Below are positions 26,287 through 35,724 of a stretch of 64,000 nucleotides of DNA, in pieces (positions within the stretch are counted from its first letter, which is position 1; the number at the start of each line of letters is the position of its first letter). The DNA is from a virus. The stretch lies in the IMG/VR virus record IMGVR_UViG_3300045988_073070; one strand, written 5' to 3'. A program made the position numbers and the translations under genes. A model generated the notes under the pieces. The model did no database searches. It worked only from the letters and a program-made list of their open reading frames with translations, and was not told the DNA's origin.

Positions 26287-27084
26287 ATGCCAAGTTTGAA
26301 GCTGAAAATATTATACAACAAGAATGAGGGTTTAATAATGAGCCCAACGGAGTTATCCGAGCTTTACTTGTTTGGTATTCCTATGTGCACCAACGATGGA
26401 AGAAAAGTGTCTATGCAGAGCATTAAGAACGCTATTCAAGTTGCTCAAACAAAGGTTGAGAATCTTTTCAGTATCAAACTCGCAAAACAGGTCATATATG
26501 AAAACCGTGATTTTATACGGCAAGAATTTATGTCTTGGGGGTATATCAAGACAATGTATCCTATTGATTACATAGACAATTTGGAAGGTTGGATAAACGA
26601 TGTTTGTCAAATAACCTATCCGAGAGAATGGCTGTCCATTAAGAAGATTGAAGCGGTTGCTGTTTATCGAAACATTTACCTTATACCAAATACTGGAAGT
26701 AAGGAAGGAGCAACGATGACTCAAAACTCTTTAATCTACAACGGCATCAGTCCGCATCTTGGTTGGTTTGGTCAAACTTACATTCCAAACTATTGGCGTA
26801 CAAGATACATTACAGGTTGGGATAAGATTCCAGCCGACCTTCTTGACTTTGTAGCAAAATTAGCAGCGTTGAACGTTCTTGCTATTATTGGAGATATAAT
26901 TTATGGAGTAGGATTGACGAGTATCAATATAACATTGGACGGTGTAAGTCAAGTAACTCCGCTTTCACGTTCCGCACAAGGCGGTTTATTTGCAGGAAGA
27001 ATAAAATTGTATCTTGACCAAATGAACAATGAACTCCCAACGCTTACTTCACGTTATCGGGGAATCCCTTTTGAAGTATTATAG
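26287..27084 (+). CDS. Virion protein (head completion or connector region)
   Basis: ORF of 265 aa between the capsid and sheath genes. Function assigned by position only. Confidence 0.4.
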   Translation: MPSLKLKILYNKNEGLIMSPTELSELYLFGIPMCTNDGRKVSMQSIKNAIQVAQTKVENLFSIKLAKQVIYENRDFIRQEFMSWGYIKTMYPIDYIDNLEGWINDVCQITYPREWLSIKKIEAVAVYRNIYLIPNTGSKEGATMTQNSLIYNGISPHLGWFGQTYIPNYWRTRYITGWDKIPADLLDFVAKLAALNVLAIIGDIIYGVGLTSINITLDGVSQVTPLSRSAQGGLFAGRIKLYLDQMNNELPTLTSRYRGIPFEVL

Positions 27085-27086
27085 CG

Positions 27087-27908
27087 ATGGCAAAACAAGA
27101 AAGAAAAAGCATACTTACAGGACACCCTGTAACAGCTACAACCCCACCTGCCCCAGCGAATCCTGCTGCGTATTGGCGGGTGGATGACTTTAATAAGCTC
27201 ATATATTCACAAGGATATGACGCATTAATTGACCGAGCTATGCGATGTCCTTGTGTTGATAGAACTTCTGGTCAGGCTCTATCTACTTGTCAAAACTGTT
27301 TAGGCAGGGGATGGTTTTTTGTTGACCGAAGGGAAACGAGAGTTATTGCACAATCCATGGACAATAAAAAGAGATATGAAGCGTGGGGAGAAGTAAACCG
27401 TGGCACGGCTTCGATTACAACGAGAGGTTCAGACAAATTGGGCTTTATGGATAGAATCATATTGACGGAATTGGAAGCGTATTTCTCCGAGATATTAAGA
27501 CCAATCATGTACCGACAATTGGTAGCATATCCCGTTTACGAGCCTTTGGAAGTTACAAGCATATATTTGTTCACGGCTGACAATGCTCCTTTGTATCCTA
27601 TTCCAGAAGATATGTATGAAGTGGACGGTAACAAAATAGTATTTGACCCGAAGTTATGGGAACACGTTGGAGCGAGTGATATGAATAAAGTTCCTTTGAC
27701 TATTTCGATACGTTATTCACACCACCCAGTTTTCCATGTGATAGATGCTAATAGAGAGCTGATGAAAGTTCGGGAGAGGAATTGTTCTATGTCCGAAGAA
27801 CAGCTCACGCAAATGCCGATAAATGTGTCCGCAAGGAAAGCTCATTATATCTTCAACGCTCAGAATTTCGGAGTGGAGATGTTTGAAAATTCAATAACGC
27901 AAAAATGA
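27087..27908 (+). CDS. Virion protein with a Cys4 motif
   Basis: ORF of 273 aa. CPCVDRTSGQALSTCQNCLGRG forms a C-x-C...C-x2-C zinc-ribbon-like motif. Confidence 0.4.
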   Translation: MAKQERKSILTGHPVTATTPPAPANPAAYWRVDDFNKLIYSQGYDALIDRAMRCPCVDRTSGQALSTCQNCLGRGWFFVDRRETRVIAQSMDNKKRYEAWGEVNRGTASITTRGSDKLGFMDRIILTELEAYFSEILRPIMYRQLVAYPVYEPLEVTSIYLFTADNAPLYPIPEDMYEVDGNKIVFDPKLWEHVGASDMNKVPLTISIRYSHHPVFHVIDANRELMKVRERNCSMSEEQLTQMPINVSARKAHYIFNAQNFGVEMFENSITQK

Positions 27909-28708
27909 AACCAATAATCATAGATTTGTCGGGGTTACAATCTCAATTCGGACTTGCTGCCGATACGATTGACCAACTAACTGAGACTTGCGTAAATGCA
28001 GTCACAGCGGCAATCTATGCTAATTGGGAAGCTCTGGCGAAACAAAAACTTCATTCAACCCTTCCTGAATACGTTCAAAATCTTATAAGGGTTGACAAAG
28101 GACGTTTTGAGAAGCAAATAATGTTGACGGGCGTTCTTCCGAATATGATTGAGCAGGGAGCAACTGCCTTTGATATGAAGGAAGGATTCAAAAAATCCCA
28201 AAAAGTAAAATACACCATTCCCGTTTATAACAAGAAAGGTAAACAAGTTTACAAAGGCGGTGATTGGTATTTAACAATTCCCTTTCGTATCGGAGTACCA
28301 GGCACGTTGGGTCAAGCAGGATTTACAGGACAAATGCCCCAAGAGATATACAACTTGATGAGGAAGCGTGGGGCAGGAAAGGGTTTGACTTTATCGGAAA
28401 TTCCAGAGCCGTACAATGTACCACGCTCAAGAGCTGCAATTGAAGCTACACCAACAACTCCTTACTATGGAGAGTATCAACATAAAAATTCTATCTATGA
28501 AGGATTAACAAAAAGGAAAGCTCAATACAGTAAGACTTCTCAAAACACATATGGAACATTCCGAAGGGCAGGAGCAAATTCTGACCCATTGAGCTGGATA
28601 AACAAAGGAATCAAAGCGTACCATCTTGCCGAACAAGCCGTTCAAGATACGGACGTTGAGACTATCGTAGAAAACGAAGTGTTGGACTATTTAGAAAATA
28701 TATTATGA
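27905..28708 (+). CDS. Virion protein (neck or tail completion region)
   Basis: ORF of 267 aa with ATGA overlaps at both ends. Confidence 0.4.
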   Translation: MKPIIIDLSGLQSQFGLAADTIDQLTETCVNAVTAAIYANWEALAKQKLHSTLPEYVQNLIRVDKGRFEKQIMLTGVLPNMIEQGATAFDMKEGFKKSQKVKYTIPVYNKKGKQVYKGGDWYLTIPFRIGVPGTLGQAGFTGQMPQEIYNLMRKRGAGKGLTLSEIPEPYNVPRSRAAIEATPTTPYYGEYQHKNSIYEGLTKRKAQYSKTSQNTYGTFRRAGANSDPLSWINKGIKAYHLAEQAVQDTDVETIVENEVLDYLENIL

Positions 28709-29424
28709 GCGCAATACTCTTACCAGAAGTAATTATTTACAAAACTCTGGAATCAATTGTAAAGTTGCTTCGAGACGATTTGCAAAATAATCGTGAGAAC
28801 GCAACAATATTGTATCGTTTACTTGGAGTTGATGAGGACGGTAAACCGCTTTCAATGAATCTTTATAACTTCTTTACGCAAGCCAAGAAGATTATAACAA
28901 CTCCAGAGAATCTGAATGTACACTTTGGGTATAATCAGGAAACCGCAAAACAAATAGCTTTACACATTATCCTTCCAGCAGAGCAAGGCAAGTCCGCTAT
29001 CGGAGAAGATGAAGGATATTTGGATGAGGACGAAGTTAATGCCGTTGGAGATAGAGTTGTACAGCAGCAATTTACAAACACCTTTGAGAGCACTTATCAG
29101 ATTATGATAACGGGATATAACTCAAGCGAGGTGAACTTGGTTTACAATATCCTTAAAAGCATGCTCCTGATGGTTAATGAGCATCTTGAAATATTGGGGT
29201 TGAGGATTCCCGTTTTATCGGGGAATGATATCATAATGCAAGATGACCTTGTACCTGTTCCAATATTTCATAAGGTCATCAATCTTTCTTTTACATACGA
29301 GCTTACTGTTCCAAAATTGCTTAAAGATGAAATCATGAAAGGCTTTTGGCAAAATGTTAGAATTTGTGACCCGTTTGACGAAAGTAGATGTATTCCCATT
29401 AAGCCGAGAGGCAAGCAAGTATAG
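28705..29424 (+). CDS. Virion protein (neck or tail completion region)
   Basis: ORF of 239 aa immediately before the sheath gene. Confidence 0.4.
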   Translation: MSAILLPEVIIYKTLESIVKLLRDDLQNNRENATILYRLLGVDEDGKPLSMNLYNFFTQAKKIITTPENLNVHFGYNQETAKQIALHIILPAEQGKSAIGEDEGYLDEDEVNAVGDRVVQQQFTNTFESTYQIMITGYNSSEVNLVYNILKSMLLMVNEHLEILGLRIPVLSGNDIIMQDDLVPVPIFHKVINLSFTYELTVPKLLKDEIMKGFWQNVRICDPFDESRCIPIKPRGKQV

Positions 29425-29467
29425 ATTATTGAGAAATCATAGAAATTCATAAATTTAATTTGAAGTT

Positions 29468-31090
29468 ATGGCAACAGTTGTTAATTTTCACGGTAAGGAC
29501 TATGTTGAACCTGGTTCTTATGCAGCAACGGTTTACAACCCAACTTCTGTCGTTAATGTCGCTACGTTCGGGAACGTGATGATTATTGATACGGGGTTGA
29601 GCATCAACGGCTCTTATGAATTTGCTGGCGGTTCAGGCGTACACGGAGAACTCAATCAAGGCTTAAAGTCTGTATATGAGTTCGACAATTACGAGGACTT
29701 CTTGGCATTCATGGGCGGTGGATTCGTTGGAAATCTTGCTGAAAAAATCTTTACTCCGATGGACGGAGTAGCTGGTGCGCCCAAGCTCTATTATACGAGA
29801 GCAGCAACGACCAAATGCGCAAACATAACTCTTACAATGTCATCAGGGAATACTCTGAATCTGAAATGTAAGAACGAAGGTATTGCGGGAAATGGTCAAG
29901 CTGTATCGGGCGTTTTGAAAGTAGGTTATGCATGTAAGATTATCGCAGGTGAAACTGCTGATACATTTATTTTACAAGCATACAAAGGCTCTTTTATGGG
30001 AGTGGACGAAGCAGGGGAAGCCTACGGAGCGAAAGACTTGGAGAATGCTACTCCAAACCTCATTGCTGAATCTCCTGAATGTGCTACGTTACAAGACCTG
30101 TACAATTGGGCAAGTACCAATAAACAGATGCTTGCTAATTTCGTAGTAAGTATGACGGGAGACGGAGCAACCGAAGTAGTGGCAATTGACCAAACTCTTG
30201 CTACGGGTGGTACAACCGAGTTTTTGAGCGGTAATGAATATGCTGACGTTTTGGAAGCTATTACGGAGCTTGATGTAACGTTCTTCCTTTGTACAAACAA
30301 AAATGCTTCTAATGGAAAGGGAGTTGATGCAGCTACAAACGGCAAGTTATTTACGTTCTTGAAACAAACTGCGAAGTACACCGAATTTATGGTTGTGCCT
30401 GGTGGACAAGACGATACCGACTTGTTTGGTGACGCTAATACTTCTCAGTCAATTGCGAAGTATTTCAATTCAGGACAGGTTGTTTGCGTACACGGTGCTC
30501 CGCAGGTTACGAGAAAAGACCAAAACGGAACGAAGGATTTGCCGACCATTTATTTGGCTGCGGCTATCGTAGGACTTAATGCGGGTATGGCTGCTCAAAC
30601 TCCTTTGACATTCAAACGAGTTGGTTACCAAAATTTCGTTTACGACTTGAAACAAAGGGAACGTGTGAGAGCTTTACAGGCAGGTATCATGCACGTTCGG
30701 AACGTAGCAGGATATTGGTGCGTGAACCAAGGGATTACCACTTTGCTGGAGAACAAGAAAACTATTGCAGACGATGGTCAAAGTTTTGAGCTTTCAATCG
30801 AGCTTATCAAGGCTCAGTTGAACAAAGAACTTATCATTGAAGGACAAACGAGATTCACGGGTAACACCGCTGCTCAAGCAAGTCCTCAATCGGTTAAGAA
30901 CTTTACAGAGACCAAACTGCAATCGTTGGTTGCATATCCTGGCAATGATAATTTGCTTATCAGTTGGAAGAACGTAAAAGTTGTTGCTAAAAACAGCGAC
31001 TACTTTATCACGTATGACTTTACTCCGAACGTTCCTGTGAATAAGACGTTCTTTATTGGTAACATTCTTGACTTCTACGTTGAAGCATAA
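29468..31090 (+). CDS. Tail sheath protein
   Basis: 540 aa, followed by a 166-aa tube-sized gene, a terminator, two small chaperone-sized ORFs and the tape measure. This is the canonical gene order of contractile-tailed phages. Confidence 0.6.
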   Translation: MATVVNFHGKDYVEPGSYAATVYNPTSVVNVATFGNVMIIDTGLSINGSYEFAGGSGVHGELNQGLKSVYEFDNYEDFLAFMGGGFVGNLAEKIFTPMDGVAGAPKLYYTRAATTKCANITLTMSSGNTLNLKCKNEGIAGNGQAVSGVLKVGYACKIIAGETADTFILQAYKGSFMGVDEAGEAYGAKDLENATPNLIAESPECATLQDLYNWASTNKQMLANFVVSMTGDGATEVVAIDQTLATGGTTEFLSGNEYADVLEAITELDVTFFLCTNKNASNGKGVDAATNGKLFTFLKQTAKYTEFMVVPGGQDDTDLFGDANTSQSIAKYFNSGQVVCVHGAPQVTRKDQNGTKDLPTIYLAAAIVGLNAGMAAQTPLTFKRVGYQNFVYDLKQRERVRALQAGIMHVRNVAGYWCVNQGITTLLENKKTIADDGQSFELSIELIKAQLNKELIIEGQTRFTGNTAAQASPQSVKNFTETKLQSLVAYPGNDNLLISWKNVKVVAKNSDYFITYDFTPNVPVNKTFFIGNILDFYVEA

Positions 31091-31108
31091 CATTAAAACT
31101 ATTGTATT

Positions 31109-31609
31109 ATGGCTAAAAAAGAAAGAGTATTCACCGCACCGCTTGCGGTTATACAAATAAATAGCGTTACAGTGGGGAAGATGAAGAATGTACGCATTAC
31201 CGAGAACATCAGACGTGGACGGGTATCAGGTTTGGGGCGACTCAATCCCGAAGAACTACCTGCGTTGGAATGGACTGGAAGTTTGTCATGTTCTTCCTAC
31301 ACTATCAATTTCAATCTTTTGGCGAATAAGCTCAAGAAAGGTACTTTCAGGAATGCTGGGACTATCGAAGAATGGGCAAACGCTATCTTGATGCAAGAGG
31401 ACGGCTTGGAAATAGCTATCTTGAAGAAAGTGAAAGACGGTGAAATTGATTTGGAAACAGGTTTGGTAAAAACCAAGTACGAAACATTTGCCAAGGTATC
31501 GGGAGCGTTCGCAACCCGTGAAGGATTCGATGTTCAGGAAGGTCAAATTTCAGGTAGAGATACCGAGTTTGAATACACTGACCCGATTCTTTACAACGAT
31601 ATTGCTTGA
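31109..31609 (+). CDS. Tail tube protein
   Basis: 166 aa, between the sheath gene and the terminator. Called by position and size. Confidence 0.55.
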   Translation: MAKKERVFTAPLAVIQINSVTVGKMKNVRITENIRRGRVSGLGRLNPEELPALEWTGSLSCSSYTINFNLLANKLKKGTFRNAGTIEEWANAILMQEDGLEIAILKKVKDGEIDLETGLVKTKYETFAKVSGAFATREGFDVQEGQISGRDTEFEYTDPILYNDIA

Positions 31610-31635
31610 TACGTTGTTTAATCAATTATAGAGAA

Positions 31636-31666
31636 GGTGTACTGTAAATCACGGTACGCCTTTTTT
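31636..31666 (+). terminator. Rho-independent terminator
   Basis: 10-bp stem 31636-31645 with 31651-31660 (two G-U pairs), 5-nt loop, then TTTTTT. Confidence 0.7.
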
Positions 31667-31690
31667 ATTAACAATTAATTGTAAAGTAAA

Positions 31691-32092
31691 ATGGAAAATT
31701 TAGAAAGACAAAAGACGTTCAATTTTCAAGGCGAAAAGGTTACTGTTAAATTTCCCAACGTAGGGCAAATGATTGACATGGAATCTTTGAAGCAATCTTT
31801 GACGGGGAATAAGTACGGAGCTATGTCAGCATCAGGAGTGAAAAGTATGTTCTATGCTCTTGATATGGTAGATGCTCTTTCGTTCTTCGAGGTTATGTGC
31901 CCCAAGATTAAAAGGATTCTTGAGGTAAAGAGTTTCACCGAGATGTCTCCAGAGGAAATGAAACCCGTTGTAGCAGCTTATAAGGAGCATGTAGCACCTT
32001 GGTATAATAAATTGTTACAAGACCTTTACAAATTAGGAGAAAGCGATGGAGAATCAAAAGAAACCACAAACGCTGACGAAGAGAGTAAATGA
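31691..32092 (+). CDS. Tail assembly chaperone (gpG/gpE-like position)
   Basis: 133 aa with an acidic C-terminus, immediately upstream of the tape measure gene. Confidence 0.5.
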   Translation: MENLERQKTFNFQGEKVTVKFPNVGQMIDMESLKQSLTGNKYGAMSASGVKSMFYALDMVDALSFFEVMCPKIKRILEVKSFTEMSPEEMKPVVAAYKEHVAPWYNKLLQDLYKLGESDGESKETTNADEESK

Positions 32093-32396
32093 CTTCATAG
32101 TTGAGTGGTCAAGATTCACCGTTGACCTCTGGTGGCGAAGGCGTTACAACATTCCTTTTGGTTCTCCTGCCCATAGAGCTATGAACTTCATAGACATGGC
32201 GATTGAGTACCAAGAGGCATTGTTGTGGAATAAAGCTATTAATCAACCATACGAGGAAGTTGTTGATGAAGAACAAGAAGCATACATTGATAAACAACTC
32301 AAGGATTCCGAAGAAAAGACCGTAAAAATGACCCAAGAGGAAATTGACGAAGATTACGAAAACTTAGATTTGGATGAATTTGATAACAAAGAATAA
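32046..32396 (+). CDS. Second chaperone-region ORF overlapping the first by 47 nt
   Basis: 116 aa, acidic, ends 5 nt before the tape measure start. Lies in the +1 frame relative to 31691-32092. Confidence 0.45.
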   Translation: MENQKKPQTLTKRVNDFIVEWSRFTVDLWWRRRYNIPFGSPAHRAMNFIDMAIEYQEALLWNKAINQPYEEVVDEEQEAYIDKQLKDSEEKTVKMTQEEIDEDYENLDLDEFDNKE

Positions 32397-32401
32397 GTAA
32401 T

Positions 32402-34411
32402 ATGGATGTAACTGTTAATATTCGTGGTAATGCTCAGGGATTGAGAGATGAGCTGGACAATGTAACTCCTGACCAAACAGCTCCCACTCCAACACCTGGC
32501 AGAGCACCCGATGATTCCAGACCGCCAACACTTCCACCGAGCGACCGACTTATTGACGACCTTCGGAGAGCCGTCATGCAGCAAGGTGCTGTAATGGTGC
32601 CAGGTTCAGCAAACTATCGTCAAATATTGGGACAAGTAGGGCAGAATCAACGTACTACCATGGAAGATGATATTTCGTCAAGATACGGAGCAAGGAGAGC
32701 CGATGTCCAATCAAGAATGTCCGCTGAATATGAAAAGATAGACAAAGAAATTGAAGCGAGACGACAAGAAGGTTTGAGGAATCTTGGGCCAAATGCTAAT
32801 GACCCATTCTACCAAGCTATGCTCAATCAGCAATTGGAGAGTGAACGTGATAGACGTTATCGGAGAGCTGGAACAATGTTCGATTCTGAAATGGAAGAAA
32901 TCGACAATCAAGAAGCCCAAGAACGTATTGATGCCGAAAAAGAATTGACTGAAGCTATCCGAAGGCTTACAGGAGAAATGGAGCAACGGGATAAGGAAAG
33001 TGAAACAGGCGGTGACCCAAATTCCTATATCAATAAGCTCCGTGAGCAAAGACGGCAATTGTTGATTGACCGTGATAATGCTCCTGATGAAGAATCGGCA
33101 ATGGCGGCTCAAGGACGTTTGAATGCCGTAGATGACCAGTTGCGTAGAGTGATGAACGGTGGTGGAGCAAAGCAGGGATTCGGAGCGAAGATGCCAGGAT
33201 TGGTAATGGGAGCGATTGGCGTTGGTTCTTCTTTAAGCGAAGGAGACTTGGGCGGTGCTATGATGAGTGGCGGCTCTATGGGTTTAATGATGGGTGCGAA
33301 TCCGTATGTAATGGCTGCTATTATTGCAGGCGGTGGACTTTGGAAAGGAGCTACGGGAATATCAAGAGGGTATGACGACTTGGGACAAATTGCTGCTTAT
33401 CGAGCTACTGCTGGCGGTATGAGGGGTGAAGCTGGTATGGGATATTTGGCTCAAAATATAGGCAGTCAAACAGCCAACGGATTACAGCCAGCCGACCTCA
33501 ATTTATCTATGGATGAGTTTTACGAACAAGCATCCAAACGAATAAAAGCGAGAGGAACATCAGACGATTGGTACAGGGAAACTATGTCTCAATTAAGTTT
33601 GGAACGTACATTAGCACTTGACCAAGGTAGTCTGGAACGTGGTTCTCAATATGACCGTTACGGAACGAATGTGACGGATGCTATAAGCCGTTTGGTAACT
33701 GTACTTCAAGGAATAGAAGGTTCAGGAGTATCAAGCGGAGACTTTACAAGGGTACAAGAGAAGTTTGATATACAACAGCAGTTGATGGCTTCTTATATGG
33801 GACGTACCGACCGACCTGATTACACTTGGGCAAACAATACTCTTGCTGCTTTCTCTGCTACGGGAGTTCAACAAGATTCCCGAATGGGAACGGATATTGC
33901 ATCATTCCAGAATATGATTCAGAATCCGATGAACGAACGTATGAGAGCGTTGATATATGGAACGGTTGCAGACCTTATGCCCGAAACTGGCGGACGTATG
34001 GACTTAATTGACCGAGCTATCCGAGACCCAGAGAACGAAGGTAAAATCATGCAAGCAGTCGTACAACGTATTCAACAACAGTTTGGCGGTACTGATACGA
34101 CAATGGGATATTTCGCATTCAAGTCCTTACTTCCGAATATAGCACCTGACCGATTGGATGAATACATAGAACAATTTACAGGCGGTAACTATGCAGGTGG
34201 ATTGTTGAAGAGTATGGCTGGTTTTGGAAACCAAGGTAGGCTTGATGAAATTGGTACAAATAATAAATCCGCTTGGTCATCAGAAGCAGCTGAATTAACG
34301 AGTGCTATGACAAAGGGAATAACCGATATATTGAACACTTTGAAAAATACAGGTGTTAAGGTATTCTTTGGAAGTGGAGTAACTCCCAATTCAACTAAAC
34401 AAGGACAATAA
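32402..34411 (+). CDS. Tail tape measure protein
   Basis: 669 aa. Charged coiled-coil N-terminal half and a Gly/Met/Ala-rich hydrophobic stretch GAIGVGSSLSEGDLGGAMMSGGSMGLMMGANPYVMAAIIAGGGLW. Position follows the chaperones. Confidence 0.7.
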   Translation: MDVTVNIRGNAQGLRDELDNVTPDQTAPTPTPGRAPDDSRPPTLPPSDRLIDDLRRAVMQQGAVMVPGSANYRQILGQVGQNQRTTMEDDISSRYGARRADVQSRMSAEYEKIDKEIEARRQEGLRNLGPNANDPFYQAMLNQQLESERDRRYRRAGTMFDSEMEEIDNQEAQERIDAEKELTEAIRRLTGEMEQRDKESETGGDPNSYINKLREQRRQLLIDRDNAPDEESAMAAQGRLNAVDDQLRRVMNGGGAKQGFGAKMPGLVMGAIGVGSSLSEGDLGGAMMSGGSMGLMMGANPYVMAAIIAGGGLWKGATGISRGYDDLGQIAAYRATAGGMRGEAGMGYLAQNIGSQTANGLQPADLNLSMDEFYEQASKRIKARGTSDDWYRETMSQLSLERTLALDQGSLERGSQYDRYGTNVTDAISRLVTVLQGIEGSGVSSGDFTRVQEKFDIQQQLMASYMGRTDRPDYTWANNTLAAFSATGVQQDSRMGTDIASFQNMIQNPMNERMRALIYGTVADLMPETGGRMDLIDRAIRDPENEGKIMQAVVQRIQQQFGGTDTTMGYFAFKSLLPNIAPDRLDEYIEQFTGGNYAGGLLKSMAGFGNQGRLDEIGTNNKSAWSSEAAELTSAMTKGITDILNTLKNTGVKVFFGSGVTPNSTKQGQ

Positions 34412-35724
34412 TGGCAGAAAAAGATAACAATAATTTCATTTGGCTTTATCACCGCTATCGTTCCGTAAAGACCGTTGAGGACTTCATGGAACGTGAGCAT
34501 ATTTACAATATAGAGCTGAAAGACTTCTTTGAGTTGAATCGGGAATTGATTTGGCAACAATATACCGATTACGATAAAACCATTGAAAAAGCAGGAACTG
34601 GTAAGTGGCCAGAGTCAGCGTCAGACCTTACTGAGAACTCATGGTTGCCCTGCCCTTGTAACCTCAAAATACAAGCAACGAAAGTTACGGCTGAGTTAGC
34701 CATCAGTCAGACCAACTTCCAGTCAGAAACAGGCGATTTTTATGCCTTTGCATCTGATGAGATAGCAAACATAATTCAAGACGGGGGTTATCAGATAGCC
34801 GAAGCCGTGAAGAGGAATCCCGTTGCGAGAGTTTATGGTTGGTTTAAGTCAATGTATTTCGTACATTCATTGAAGAATGAGGGTTTGGCTTATACTTTGA
34901 ATGACGATTTTTTTGATATATCTCAATTCATTGTAAACTTATCAACGCTTCAAGCGAAAGATGGTGGAAGTTTCTCTATGCGTTTACCTATTGTAAATAT
35001 ATTCAAATACGCTAATGGAGTTGGTGTAAATGATAATGATGTTGTTTATAGTGGGACGCCATACGCAGATTTGAAAAAAGATGGAAATAGTTATCGGAAT
35101 TTGTACATGAAAGACGAGGAATTTTATTCCAAGAATATGTACGGAGAACTTGAATCAAACTATTTCAATTGGCTAATCAGTTCAAACGACCTTCTGTTCA
35201 TATCCTTTGAGCAATTGGAAATGGAAGAGGATTCCGACAAGGATGAAATGAGAACGAAAATAGCGAACGGAGTTTTTGATATGATAGCTTTGGTAGATGA
35301 CGTTAAGGTTGTAGCTGATTCTGCGGGTTCAAATGGATATGTAGAAGTAACGGGAAGGGATTTGATGAAACTTCTTATTGAGGATGGCTCTTTCTTTTTT
35401 AATCCTTCAACGACTTCTGACCCAAGCAATATATTCATGAATGAACAAAGCTATGGTAAGCAAGGAGACATACGAGAAGCCGACCAGATAAATAATACCT
35501 ACAATAATCCAATAAACCGACTTCGGAGAGTAACGGGAGAAATTGATATATTTGCCAATAGAATCAATATGGATTTGAGCTATATATTGAAGGGCGTTAT
35601 TTCTCAATTGTCGAATGTTGAGGTTGTGCCTGGATTTGTATTCGATGCTTGGGGCGAAAAAAGAACAACCTATTTGGAATTACAACCATTAAGAAAAGAG
35701 GAAACAACGAATGGCAACAATTAA
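34411..35724 (+). CDS. Tail or baseplate hub-region protein
   Basis: 437 aa. The start overlaps the tape measure stop. Function assigned by position only. Confidence 0.4.
   Translation: MAEKDNNNFIWLYHRYRSVKTVEDFMEREHIYNIELKDFFELNRELIWQQYTDYDKTIEKAGTGKWPESASDLTENSWLPCPCNLKIQATKVTAELAISQTNFQSETGDFYAFASDEIANIIQDGGYQIAEAVKRNPVARVYGWFKSMYFVHSLKNEGLAYTLNDDFFDISQFIVNLSTLQAKDGGSFSMRLPIVNIFKYANGVGVNDNDVVYSGTPYADLKKDGNSYRNLYMKDEEFYSKNMYGELESNYFNWLISSNDLLFISFEQLEMEEDSDKDEMRTKIANGVFDMIALVDDVKVVADSAGSNGYVEVTGRDLMKLLIEDGSFFFNPSTTSDPSNIFMNEQSYGKQGDIREADQINNTYNNPINRLRRVTGEIDIFANRINMDLSYILKGVISQLSNVEVVPGFVFDAWGEKRTTYLELQPLRKEETTNGNN

Noticed and set aside
31691-32396. Canonical -1 programmed frameshift (X XXY YYZ) between the chaperone ORFs
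   Set aside because: The downstream ORF is in the +1 frame and no slippery heptamer lies in the 32037-32092 overlap. It is kept only as a non-canonical possibility in the findings.
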